A stretch of 64,000 nucleotides of DNA from a virus. The stretch spans positions 116,378 through 180,377 of the IMG/VR virus record IMGVR_UViG_3300024239_000355, one strand, 5' to 3'. The notes below the pieces were generated by a model, which saw only the letters and a list, made by a program, of their open reading frames with translations, ran no database searches and had not been told where the DNA came from. Below are positions 26,296 to 35,663 of the stretch, one piece after another. A program made the position numbers and the translations under genes. The stretch's first letter is position 1. The number at the start of each line of letters is the position of its first letter.

Positions 26296-27303
26296 TCAGA
26301 AGAACATTGCAACGACGGCACTGTTTGCACCCGCACTCGTACCAGTGCCGACCAACGACGGACTCACTGATGCAAGTTTGAAATGAGTCGCAGCATTCGC
26401 AGTCGTATATATGACATCTTTCACGGTGGTGGGATAACGCAACCGCCATTCATTGGTATTAACGGTAGATGCGCCCCAGAAAGTCACCCAGGTCGGCGGA
26501 CGCCCTACAGTATGTTGTAAAATGATGTCAGTATTACCCGTTGAAATTACGTTTAAGGAGGCAATTGTCCATCCGGTTGGGAGTCCCGTGACACTGGTTA
26601 CATTACCTGAACTATCAAAATTCAGCGTTGCTGTGAAAATCTCTAATGGGCGCCCTGATGTATACGAAAGCCCGTCCGCGCCGCTATTAACTACAATCCC
26701 CTGCCCCGCATGTCCGGTAAACGCGCCAGGACCATCCGTGAGGGCAATAAACGACGAAACACCACCACTAGCACCCTTTGTACCGATATAGCGGTAGCCT
26801 TCGATATAAACGCCGTTTGTGGCGACGCCAGAAGGAACCGTGTTGGGAAAGTGTAGAACACCGCTGGTGTAGTCGAATACCCATTCCTGATCAGTAGTGA
26901 GTGGGTTTAAAAGGATGCCGCCAGAACTCGGATTACCCGCGTACACCTTGACCTGATACAAACTATTGAATGTCGGCGGAATCCAGTCACCCAATTGGTT
27001 GGTCACATCGATAGTAGCATTGTAGTCGGCAACCGTCACCCAGGTGTGATTTCCAGATACCGTACCATCTACCTTACAACGATTTGCGGTTCCTTCACTA
27101 TATACCTGCACAATAGTATCAGAAGAAACAGGCGGTATAGCTGATATTGACCCTGATTGCGCAAGAATAGTATGTCCATAAATCGGCAGCGGGGACGCAA
27201 TAGATTCGTTCGGACCTGCTTTGTCAGAAACACTAGTTTCAGCAACTCCGTACATAATTTTCTTCCAGAGGAAATCAAGCTTTTGACTATCTGTAAGCGG
27301 CAT
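26296..27303 (-). CDS. Fibre/baseplate-associated structural protein
   Basis: N-terminus paralogous to 32512-35661 and C-terminus paralogous to 38575-42537. Late promoter at 27327. Confidence 0.7.
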   Translation of the reverse strand: MPLTDSQKLDFLWKKIMYGVAETSVSDKAGPNESIASPLPIYGHTILAQSGSISAIPPVSSDTIVQVYSEGTANRCKVDGTVSGNHTWVTVADYNATIDVTNQLGDWIPPTFNSLYQVKVYAGNPSSGGILLNPLTTDQEWVFDYTSGVLHFPNTVPSGVATNGVYIEGYRYIGTKGASGGVSSFIALTDGPGAFTGHAGQGIVVNSGADGLSYTSGRPLEIFTATLNFDSSGNVTSVTGLPTGWTIASLNVISTGNTDIILQHTVGRPPTWVTFWGASTVNTNEWRLRYPTTVKDVIYTTANAATHFKLASVSPSLVGTGTSAGANSAVVAMFF

Positions 27304-27336
27304 CCATAATCTCCCTCAACACCGTCTATTTAGGCG

Positions 27337-27885
27337 TTAAGGCCATCCAACGGTGTAATCATAGTTCTCTACTTGATCAAGGGTAGTTAAGGCATCAACT
27401 GCATCTTTATGTGCCCAACACGCTCCATAACATTGATTAACAAAATACATTGCGGCAACACCCAATGCCTTCACATCATCCGCATCCATTGAAACGTAAG
27501 TATTATCCTTTGCTCGCCACACAAAATTTGATGGTATCATAATCCCATTTGCAATAGCAGCAGCCATACCGGAAATATTTTGACGGGCACGTGTATCGCT
27601 GTCAAATATATGACCCATAAATACAAACCCACCAACTAAACGAACTTCACGATATTGATTGATTTCTTCTTTTTTGGTATTTTTAGCGTCTTCAATATAC
27701 GCTTCATCTTTTTCTACCTGGGTCATTTCACGGATAACATCATTTTCGTCTATTATCCAATATTGCGAATCAACACCATCAACCGCTGATAGATCAGGAT
27801 TGATAACCCAATTACCATCCATATAGTCCGGAGTATTTACACTCTCTAAATATAGTTTAGACTGGCGATGTAATACATTAGCCAT
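27337..27885 (-). CDS. DUF4376-like tail-fibre assembly protein
   Basis: FDSD..ARQNI...WRAKDN..V.M...K..VDA pattern. Confidence 0.7.
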   Translation of the reverse strand: MANVLHRQSKLYLESVNTPDYMDGNWVINPDLSAVDGVDSQYWIIDENDVIREMTQVEKDEAYIEDAKNTKKEEINQYREVRLVGGFVFMGHIFDSDTRARQNISGMAAAIANGIMIPSNFVWRAKDNTYVSMDADDVKALGVAAMYFVNQCYGACWAHKDAVDALTTLDQVENYDYTVGWP

Positions 27886-27891
27886 AGGAAG

Positions 27892-28572
27892 TTACCTTCT
27901 TGCTGAACGTTGTGTAAGTAAAGATTGTGTATAAGTTATGGTATTCGAGGGGTTACCATGCAAACCATATGCACCAACATCAACAAGACTACCAGTCGTG
28001 CTAATTGACCCATTACCCGACATCGGATATCGCATTAACAAACCACCCACAATAACATCCCCACCACGAATGGTGTACACAGTCATGATTTCTTCAGCAG
28101 CGAGCGCCCGTGAATACACACGCACATCTTCAATCCATGCAGATACATATTCACCAGGGATGCCACCATTAATATCACACCCAATTGATACCGGTGAAGT
28201 ATCGGGGGCAAATGCCCCCGACCACGCAGAGGTGACATATTTCACACCATTAATATATAATGAAATAGTTGTTCCATCATATGTTGCTGCTATGTGATAC
28301 CAAGTATTCCGAGTAAGCGTCGGTCCCCCTTCAACATTAATGACGCCGTTTACATCCCCGAAAATTATACGAGCTTTGGAATTTCTATAGTTTAGATGCC
28401 ACCATTCATCTTGCGCAGTACCAGATATGGATCGGCTGATGATAGCTTGTAATGAACCACTCCCGGTTCGGTATACCCACGCCATGATCGTGATAGAGTT
28501 AGTCAGGGTATTCATCGCCGTGGATGTTGGAACTAACGCATAATTCGAGGTGCCGTTAAATATCAGAGCCAT
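27892..28572 (-). CDS. LamG/concanavalin-A-like domain protein
   Basis: TIMAWV, WYHIAATYDG...LYING, IEDVRVYSRAL. Confidence 0.85.
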   Translation of the reverse strand: MALIFNGTSNYALVPTSTAMNTLTNSITIMAWVYRTGSGSLQAIISRSISGTAQDEWWHLNYRNSKARIIFGDVNGVINVEGGPTLTRNTWYHIAATYDGTTISLYINGVKYVTSAWSGAFAPDTSPVSIGCDINGGIPGEYVSAWIEDVRVYSRALAAEEIMTVYTIRGGDVIVGGLLMRYPMSGNGSISTTGSLVDVGAYGLHGNPSNTITYTQSLLTQRSARR

Positions 28573-28573
28573 C

Positions 28574-29920
28574 TTAGGTAAACCACACACCAGTTTCGAA
28601 CAGCAACCAATCACCAACCAAGGTGTCCGACCCGGAACCGCCGTAGCGCGTCATTTCAATCAAATATAGGGTTCCCGTGGTCAACCCAAGTGTAGACAAC
28701 GCAATCGATGTAGTTGCATACTGATAGTTTGCATTTGCCGGAATACTAAGCGTTGCCAACGTCGTCGCCGCACTCCATGTCCCAACCGCAGCGTTATTTG
28801 GGACAGTTCTACGGTAGAACCGCATAACAACATTTCGCGCGGTTGATGGCGCGGTTGATGCTCGATGTTTAAATGAAAAATTCATTGTCGTCACACCGGT
28901 CGGGACGGTAATTGGGAACCCAATCCCTTCTTCTTGGGTATCGTCAAACGCACGCACTGTCATACTTATACGGGACGGATCAGATTGTGCGGGAGCCACG
29001 AGCGAAATCGCCCAATCAGCGCCAGGATTATCAAACGACCCGGCATAAAATGTCGTCGGTGCGGTTACCACTTGACTTCCGCCAGTTGCAGAAACAGTAA
29101 TAGTATCGTTGTCAGAAATTATGGATACATTTTCCCCCGCAACAAGAGATTTTAATTGCGCACTATTCGCGGTGGTTTGAGCATATATCCCGGTACCCGT
29201 GCCTACATTTGAAACAGATGCCAGTGGAGAATACCCCAGTGCCGTTGTAACTTCGGACGATGATAGCGAAGTTCCCGCAGTCACACGACCCTTGGCGTCA
29301 ACCGTGAGCTTGGTGTATGTACCAGCAGTTACCCCAGTATTCGCCAATGTTAATGAAATAGAAGTTGTGCCTGAACCAGAGGCATCACCGGTTATCGAAA
29401 TGATTTGATTACCCGTGAGGTATCCTTGCCCCTTGACGAATGCTGTCGTGGCAATCGTGGTATCATTCGAGGTCAACACCGGGGTAGGCGCGGTCGGCAC
29501 CCCAGTAAAATCAGGCGAATTTGTTGGTGCGGCATCGGACGATATCGTGATCGTATCACCGCTCGTAGAAAGAGAGATCAGCGAGCCTGCTGCAATAGAT
29601 TTGAACTGAAGTTCAGTCCCATCCGTCTGCGCATATAACCCGGTACCCGTTCCCAAATTCTTTACGGATGTGTTGGTAACACCTTGGAACGACAACGACC
29701 GCCATTGGCCACCAAGATACGCCTCAAGGTTATCTTGTTCGGAATTGTATCTAAGATGCCCAGATGTTCCAACAGTCGGACGCTCAAAAGTCGCCCCACC
29801 TGGGACAAGAATAGCCCCGGATGCAGCACTCGACCAAATATTACGTCCATCCTCAAATACAATAACGGAACCAATTTGCGCACCGCCATTATTCAATTGC
29901 TTTATCGCTATTTTAGTCAC
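28574..29920 (-). CDS. Tail/whisker fibre protein
   Basis: GATFERP...LRYN, SP.FTG.PTAPT...IATTAFV, VTAGTY.K.TVDAKGRVT repeats. Confidence 0.75.
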   Translation of the reverse strand: MTKIAIKQLNNGGAQIGSVIVFEDGRNIWSSAASGAILVPGGATFERPTVGTSGHLRYNSEQDNLEAYLGGQWRSLSFQGVTNTSVKNLGTGTGLYAQTDGTELQFKSIAAGSLISLSTSGDTITISSDAAPTNSPDFTGVPTAPTPVLTSNDTTIATTAFVKGQGYLTGNQIISITGDASGSGTTSISLTLANTGVTAGTYTKLTVDAKGRVTAGTSLSSSEVTTALGYSPLASVSNVGTGTGIYAQTTANSAQLKSLVAGENVSIISDNDTITVSATGGSQVVTAPTTFYAGSFDNPGADWAISLVAPAQSDPSRISMTVRAFDDTQEEGIGFPITVPTGVTTMNFSFKHRASTAPSTARNVVMRFYRRTVPNNAAVGTWSAATTLATLSIPANANYQYATTSIALSTLGLTTGTLYLIEMTRYGGSGSDTLVGDWLLFETGVWFT

Positions 29921-30011
29921 TTCTCTCTCGCCTTTGTGTTTTCATTTTACGCGACAGAAAAAGTCAACTCTATATTTTTATTGTTTTATGTGACTTCCCG
30001 CTCGTAGATGG

Positions 30012-30046
30012 ATAGGTGTACGGGAATGACCCCGTACACCTATTTA
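30012..30046 (-). terminator. Hairpin overlapping a late promoter
   Basis: ATAGGTGTACGGG...CCCGTACACCTAT, with TATTTA at 30041-30046. Confidence 0.55.
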
Positions 30047-30054
30047 CTCACTGG

Positions 30055-31980
30055 TTAGACCTGATATTCGTAGGTAGCTGCCACGACATCGGTTGTCTCA
30101 ACCGAATACCCGATGGTGTCGATGTCCAGAATGAGGTCCATCCCAGAAACCGAGAAATTTGCAGTCTTCAGACGCAGACCATTGAAGGTTGCGGCAACGC
30201 TTCCAGCCAACGGGGCATGAGCGAAGAACGCAGCCAGGGTAACGGTACCCGTAGCAACGGTCGCACCAGAGTATTCCCATTCGTCATTAGCAACCTTGCG
30301 GTTGATGGCGGCGTCTTGTGCATCAACATAGCCCTTTGTGGTCAGAGCTTCTACCGGAGCAGCAGCCATGGTATAACCAGTCGGAGCCAGTACGAAACCA
30401 GCGCCCTTCGGTGCAAGAACCAGATCAATAGAGCTATCCGTGCCGTCTACCCCAATAACCACATCGCCAGCGGCAGCGGCATTGGTCACGGTCAAATAAT
30501 TAACCGCATTAATGACATTGATGCCGTCAAGGATCATGGTGGAACCACCAGCCGAACCATCATCGAAAGTCAGGTTATCGGTATGGAGGTTGTCGGCCAG
30601 CTTAGTGATCTCGGCATCAACATAACCCTTGGGGGTCAGAGCATTGTCCGGATCGGTGGCATCCAGGGTAACATAACCAGCATGACCCAGAACCAAACCC
30701 ACACCCTTGCCTTCCAGCTTCAGGTCAATGTTCGAATCGGTGCCGGTAGCAGCGATCTTCACCGCGCCACCAGTAGCAGACGTGGAAACGGTCAGGATGT
30801 TGTCAACGCCGCCAGTGGCATCAACGTCCAGGGTCAGAGCGCCAGCAGCATTACGCAGGGAGCGAACATACTGGTAAGCAACCGAGGAACCCAGGCTGGT
30901 CAGAACGGTGTTGGCATCGCCCATAGACAGCTTATCGAGACCATTGGTGGTATTACCAACAAGCAGATCACCCGTGGTATAACTATCGAAGCCAGTACCG
31001 CCGTTCACCGGACGCAAAATGCCAGTTACAGCTTCGTTGTTTGCCAGATCAAGGGCGCCCCACGCAGCTTCAGCGCCAACCACACCGGTCGAACGAAGAA
31101 CCTGACCAGCAGTACCACTCGATGCAACAATCACATTATCCGTGATGTCCACATTGACGGTGGTCGAAGTGTTGACGTGGAAAGTATCACCAACCTTATT
31201 AAGACCATTACCAGCTTTCAGCAGACCAGGGGTCGAAAACTGGGTCCACTGCATCGGTGAAGTACCAACAGTGATCGGGTTGTTGGTCAGCACGACCCAA
31301 CCGGTATCAGCCCAGGTAGCGCCTTCTTCAACGAATACGAACGCATTAGCAGTGACTTCAGACGGCTCATCGAAGTCGGCAGAACGAGTCCACTCACCAG
31401 ACGCAACAACGTAGATACCGTTGGTTGCATCACCGGTTTCAACATCACCGCCCTGACCCGCAACCAACACGCGGTCACCAGCCTGAAGGGTCACACCGTC
31501 AACAGTCTGAACGCCGCTCAGAGTAATGGCGGTTGTCGCCATTGCACGGACGGATGCCTTAACATCCAGACCATTAGTAGCAGCAGTCACCTTATCATCG
31601 ACGTACTTCTTGTGGGTCAGAGCATAATCACTGACCGGAGTGTAGCTGGTCGGAACCAGCACTTCACCAACACCCTTCGGCGCGAGATTCAAGTTCAGAT
31701 CGGTATCGGTACCGATTGCAGAAATAGTCGGGCTGGAACCGGATGCGGCATTACCAACCAGAACGTGGTTCACTGCATTGGCGTCGCCGGTAGTTTCAAC
31801 AACAAGCACGCCAGCGGTGTCCCGCAAAGCGCCCATATATTCATAAGCAAGGGTCGAACCACTGCTTACCGCAACCTTGTACTGTTCACCGAGTGAAAGT
31901 ACCCGACCGTTTCCAGCGGCACTACCAACGATGATTTCGCCTTCAAGTAGGCGAATCTGTTTAGCCTTAAGCATAGACAT
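30055..31980 (-). CDS. Fibre/whisker structural protein
   Basis: K.YVD motifs, GLDVKASVR...DRVLV...NGIY domain, G.DxxIDL.L.PKG.G repeats. Confidence 0.75.
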   Translation of the reverse strand: MSMLKAKQIRLLEGEIIVGSAAGNGRVLSLGEQYKVAVSSGSTLAYEYMGALRDTAGVLVVETTGDANAVNHVLVGNAASGSSPTISAIGTDTDLNLNLAPKGVGEVLVPTSYTPVSDYALTHKKYVDDKVTAATNGLDVKASVRAMATTAITLSGVQTVDGVTLQAGDRVLVAGQGGDVETGDATNGIYVVASGEWTRSADFDEPSEVTANAFVFVEEGATWADTGWVVLTNNPITVGTSPMQWTQFSTPGLLKAGNGLNKVGDTFHVNTSTTVNVDITDNVIVASSGTAGQVLRSTGVVGAEAAWGALDLANNEAVTGILRPVNGGTGFDSYTTGDLLVGNTTNGLDKLSMGDANTVLTSLGSSVAYQYVRSLRNAAGALTLDVDATGGVDNILTVSTSATGGAVKIAATGTDSNIDLKLEGKGVGLVLGHAGYVTLDATDPDNALTPKGYVDAEITKLADNLHTDNLTFDDGSAGGSTMILDGINVINAVNYLTVTNAAAAGDVVIGVDGTDSSIDLVLAPKGAGFVLAPTGYTMAAAPVEALTTKGYVDAQDAAINRKVANDEWEYSGATVATGTVTLAAFFAHAPLAGSVAATFNGLRLKTANFSVSGMDLILDIDTIGYSVETTDVVAATYEYQV

Positions 31981-32001
31981 TTATCGAGTCCTCCGAATGG
32001 G

Positions 32002-32445
32002 TTATTCCCTATAAAAAATAATCAATTCATCTCCTTGTTCTAACTCATAACCTTCAGTGCTTGGGTTAAAAACGAGATTCGGTTTGTTAAACGAAAAGTG
32101 CGTCGTCTCCAAACCGTTGATGGTAACCGCCAATACTTCCAGAATTTCATCTGGAAGCATAAAAGTGGTCTGCCCATCCAGAGGATAGGCATAAATTTTC
32201 TTGTACCTTGCGAGAGCTTCTTTATCGATCCCAATGACAATTTTCTTTTGTGGGGTTGGATGAATACCGCTATCAGCATCAACCACGTCAATGGTCACAC
32301 CTTCCCCGGCTTCGAGGGCGCGCATAACAACAACGCCGCGCTTGAGATCAAAGCGGTCAACAACGTTTGCTACTCGTCCTGGCGCGTCCGGACGAGTAGC
32401 AATAAATGAGGATATGAAATGGTCTGTTAAGTATTTGTCCGCCAT
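32002..32445 (-). CDS. Small fibre adaptor-like protein
   Basis: Shares the RFD..RG..V.R.LEAG N-module with two long fibres and its C-module with 30055-31980. Late promoter at 32475. Confidence 0.65.
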   Translation of the reverse strand: MADKYLTDHFISSFIATRPDAPGRVANVVDRFDLKRGVVVMRALEAGEGVTIDVVDADSGIHPTPQKKIVIGIDKEALARYKKIYAYPLDGQTTFMLPDEILEVLAVTINGLETTHFSFNKPNLVFNPSTEGYELEQGDELIIFYRE

Positions 32446-32511
32446 GGCATCCCCAGTCCCACTATAATCCCAGGTATTTATCATATAGTTGTATGACTGA
32501 GGACTACGGCT

Positions 32512-35500
32512 TTATTTGGCAAATCCAATACCCGTAATTAGATTACCGGCTACCATCTTAAATCGAACAAGAATGATATTGTTCGAAGAGTTGGTAGAGG
32601 ACTGGGTACCCAGCGAACAGATATAGGAACCAGTAGTACCGTTCATCGCAGTACCGACCGCGCAACCATTACTCCCATTACCGCCAGCAACCGTGTTGTC
32701 ACCAGGGACACCGACACCAGTATAAAGACCAAACATATTCCACCAACCATTTGTGGTATTGGTAGTGTCAGTAATACCAGGGAGCTTCACCCAACACCCC
32801 GAGTATGTCCCATTAACAACAATTTTGAACTGCGATACTGCACTACGACGGAACATAAAGGTCACGTACTGTGTTGCATCCTGTGTAAAACTATAATCAG
32901 GACCAACCGGTAAATATGTTGAATAATCAGTAATTTCATGCTTCAGCACACCAGCCACCACCGCAGCATCATAAGAAGCAAGGGTACTGGAAGAATTCCA
33001 ATCCGGAGCGGTTAGTGATCCCTTGTTATCTGCCGGGGTATCCCCTGAATTCATAACAACACGACCGGCATTGGTTTGCGCCCCGGACGGTATTGTGCCC
33101 AAGGTGGCATCAACATAAATCGACATCTCCATAACTGGACCTGAGGTATTAGCAACAGGCGTCCCCGACATTACGTTAACGATCTTCGAAGTATTAGCCC
33201 AGTTTCCATCTACCGCCGCATTGCGCCCACGACAACGAATGTTGCCATTTGTGTGAACGGTACCACCAACGGTAAACGTCACATTGGAAACAGTTTGTGG
33301 TGACATCCCCGAACTAAAAATCGTCGGTAGACCATTTTGCCCAGGATCAAGGTTAACTTGCGAACCAAAATTCGTAGTGGAAGATATTTGAATAACCCCA
33401 TTCGCCAGATATGTTTTTCCGGCAAGGTTCGACACTGTTGCGCCACACTTCAGGGTTGCCCCCGCATTGTAGTGTGGAACGCCACTTGAATAAGCGAGAG
33501 TGCCAGGGGTGCCTTCCGTCAGAGTAAGACCCGATGCAACCGGAGCAGTGCTGAAATCGTCATAAACGAAAACTGCTTCATTTGTAGAACCAGTTTCACT
33601 GTGGATAAGTGCAAACTTATTAATACCAGCAGTAACCATGGTACTAACCTTGGCATCCAAATCCTGCCAGAAGCCGGGCTTATCCACCGGATATGCATCA
33701 TCGCGACTTACTACAAGACTACCAAAGGTGCCAACATTCGACCCGGTAGTTAATGTCACCGTACCAGTCGGAGTTCCATTGACGTGAGCGGTTAGCTGTC
33801 CAGTAGTCCCGCTCCCAAACGATGTAATAATTGCCGAATCAACTGAAGATGTCCCGACACGAGTAATCTGAGTACCCGCAGCCGGTGCCGTTGATCCAGT
33901 GAAATTGGTCACACCACTTGACAATAGAATATCTGACCCACCACGGATTGTAGCACCATTACTGATACTAAGTATTTTAGAAGACAAATCGGCGGGCTTC
34001 GATGGTATCAACAACCCAAGTATCTCATTCAAATCATCAATAGCATCAGAATATGTCGTAGCCCCTGCTGCCCATGACGTGATGGCGCCGTCTGCAAAAG
34101 TTCCATCGGTTGGGGTCTGAAGCTTGTTTGATGCACCCGACGCCAATGTATCAACGTAAGCCTTTGTCGCTACCGAATTCAGAGCGGTTACTTGATACGT
34201 TGCAGGAACAACAAGCTGTCCAGACCCCTTTGGTCCAATACCAATATCAATATCGGTATCCGCGCCTTGCGCAAGGAATTCGAGCGCAAACCCAGTTGGG
34301 GAGTTGTTGAATTGGAAGTAATTGATGGAATCATTGTACCCGTCAATGGTGATCACATCTTGCCCGGCGGCATCTTGGAGGCGCACCGTCCCACCAAGCG
34401 CACTATTGCTGATCCCACCCCGTAGGATAACATCTGCGCCATTCCCCACATCACCATTACCGCCGATCAACAGCAACGGTTGCGCAGGATTTGTACCCCC
34501 CGTGCTGTCACCACCCCCAACGTATGTCGTCGCACCAGGGATAGCAGTAATAATGCCATACCCAGTGCCGCCGTCACCGATCCGAACCCCGCCGAACCCT
34601 TTCGGATCAAGTATTATCGTTGTATTGGTATCAATACTATCTGCGATCAAGCGTATCCCTTCACCGCTTGGCGCGTTCTCAACTACCAAATGATTTACTT
34701 TAGGTCCGCCTGCGGCGCTATCCCGCACGACAATAACATCTGCTCCATCGGTATCCTGAATTCGGACAGAACCAGGGGTTACACCAGCACCACCACGAAT
34801 TTCCACATCTGAAGTGATGCCACCATACAGCGACAACGTAGTCGCGCCGACAATTGGACCGTCCGCAATAATAGATTTTCCGCTGGTTGGCTTTAAACGG
34901 ATGTCTACCGGTGCCGACGCAGTACCATATCCTTGAAGTTGTACTTCCCCATCGGCATTGGTAATCAGCAACCCCTCATCCGCAGTCGCAGTAGTACCCT
35001 TTGTGACACGGAATATTTTCTGCCCATCGGAACTGATAACGACCGAACCAGTTTCGAGCGCGGTATCTACAAAAGTATTTCCATCGGTGGTATCTTCTAT
35101 TTTGGTTGTTAACCCACCACCCCCGGACACACCCTTTGTTCCGGTATAGCGATACCCAATAATATAAATGTCATTCGTATTAACCGCAGTCGGGACATTA
35201 TTCGGAAAGTGAAGAACACCAGCCGCATAATCGAATACCCACTCTTCATTCGTCGCAAGTGGATTCAATAATATACCGCTTGCATTCGGATCACCCGCAT
35301 ACACCTGAACGGCATATGTAAAATGTACCGATGGGGCAATCCAGTCCTTCAGACGAGTGGTGTCCGAGATTGCCGCCACAATATCTGTCACCGCAACCCA
35401 CGTGTGCTTCCCCGCCACGCTTGGATCATCCTTACACTGTACTGCATTTATTCCAGTGTACACCGTTACAACACCATCAGTTGAAGCAGGCGCGATTGCT

Positions 35501-35661
35501 GGTATCAGGGAGCTTTGGGCATAAACTTCGTGTGCGAACACCTGAATAGGAGACGCAAAGATTTCATTCGGACCAGCCTTACCAGTGGTATCAGTCTCGG
35601 TAACACCATAAGCAATCTTTTTCCAGAGGAAATCAGTCTTTTTTTGATCAGATATTGCCAT
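32512..35661 (-). CDS. Large fibre/baseplate structural protein (1049 aa)
   Basis: G/T-rich. Paralogous N-terminus (26296 gene) and C-terminus (35664 gene). Confidence 0.75.
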   Translation of the reverse strand: MAISDQKKTDFLWKKIAYGVTETDTTGKAGPNEIFASPIQVFAHEVYAQSSLIPAIAPASTDGVVTVYTGINAVQCKDDPSVAGKHTWVAVTDIVAAISDTTRLKDWIAPSVHFTYAVQVYAGDPNASGILLNPLATNEEWVFDYAAGVLHFPNNVPTAVNTNDIYIIGYRYTGTKGVSGGGGLTTKIEDTTDGNTFVDTALETGSVVISSDGQKIFRVTKGTTATADEGLLITNADGEVQLQGYGTASAPVDIRLKPTSGKSIIADGPIVGATTLSLYGGITSDVEIRGGAGVTPGSVRIQDTDGADVIVVRDSAAGGPKVNHLVVENAPSGEGIRLIADSIDTNTTIILDPKGFGGVRIGDGGTGYGIITAIPGATTYVGGGDSTGGTNPAQPLLLIGGNGDVGNGADVILRGGISNSALGGTVRLQDAAGQDVITIDGYNDSINYFQFNNSPTGFALEFLAQGADTDIDIGIGPKGSGQLVVPATYQVTALNSVATKAYVDTLASGASNKLQTPTDGTFADGAITSWAAGATTYSDAIDDLNEILGLLIPSKPADLSSKILSISNGATIRGGSDILLSSGVTNFTGSTAPAAGTQITRVGTSSVDSAIITSFGSGTTGQLTAHVNGTPTGTVTLTTGSNVGTFGSLVVSRDDAYPVDKPGFWQDLDAKVSTMVTAGINKFALIHSETGSTNEAVFVYDDFSTAPVASGLTLTEGTPGTLAYSSGVPHYNAGATLKCGATVSNLAGKTYLANGVIQISSTTNFGSQVNLDPGQNGLPTIFSSGMSPQTVSNVTFTVGGTVHTNGNIRCRGRNAAVDGNWANTSKIVNVMSGTPVANTSGPVMEMSIYVDATLGTIPSGAQTNAGRVVMNSGDTPADNKGSLTAPDWNSSSTLASYDAAVVAGVLKHEITDYSTYLPVGPDYSFTQDATQYVTFMFRRSAVSQFKIVVNGTYSGCWVKLPGITDTTNTTNGWWNMFGLYTGVGVPGDNTVAGGNGSNGCAVGTAMNGTTGSYICSLGTQSSTNSSNNIILVRFKMVAGNLITGIGFAK

Positions 35662-35663
35662 CT

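Noticed and set aside
30016-31260. 414-aa plus-strand ORF, and many similar ORFs across 26-64 kb
   Set aside because: Antisense shadows of G/T/A/V-rich fibre genes, which lack stops on the opposite strand.
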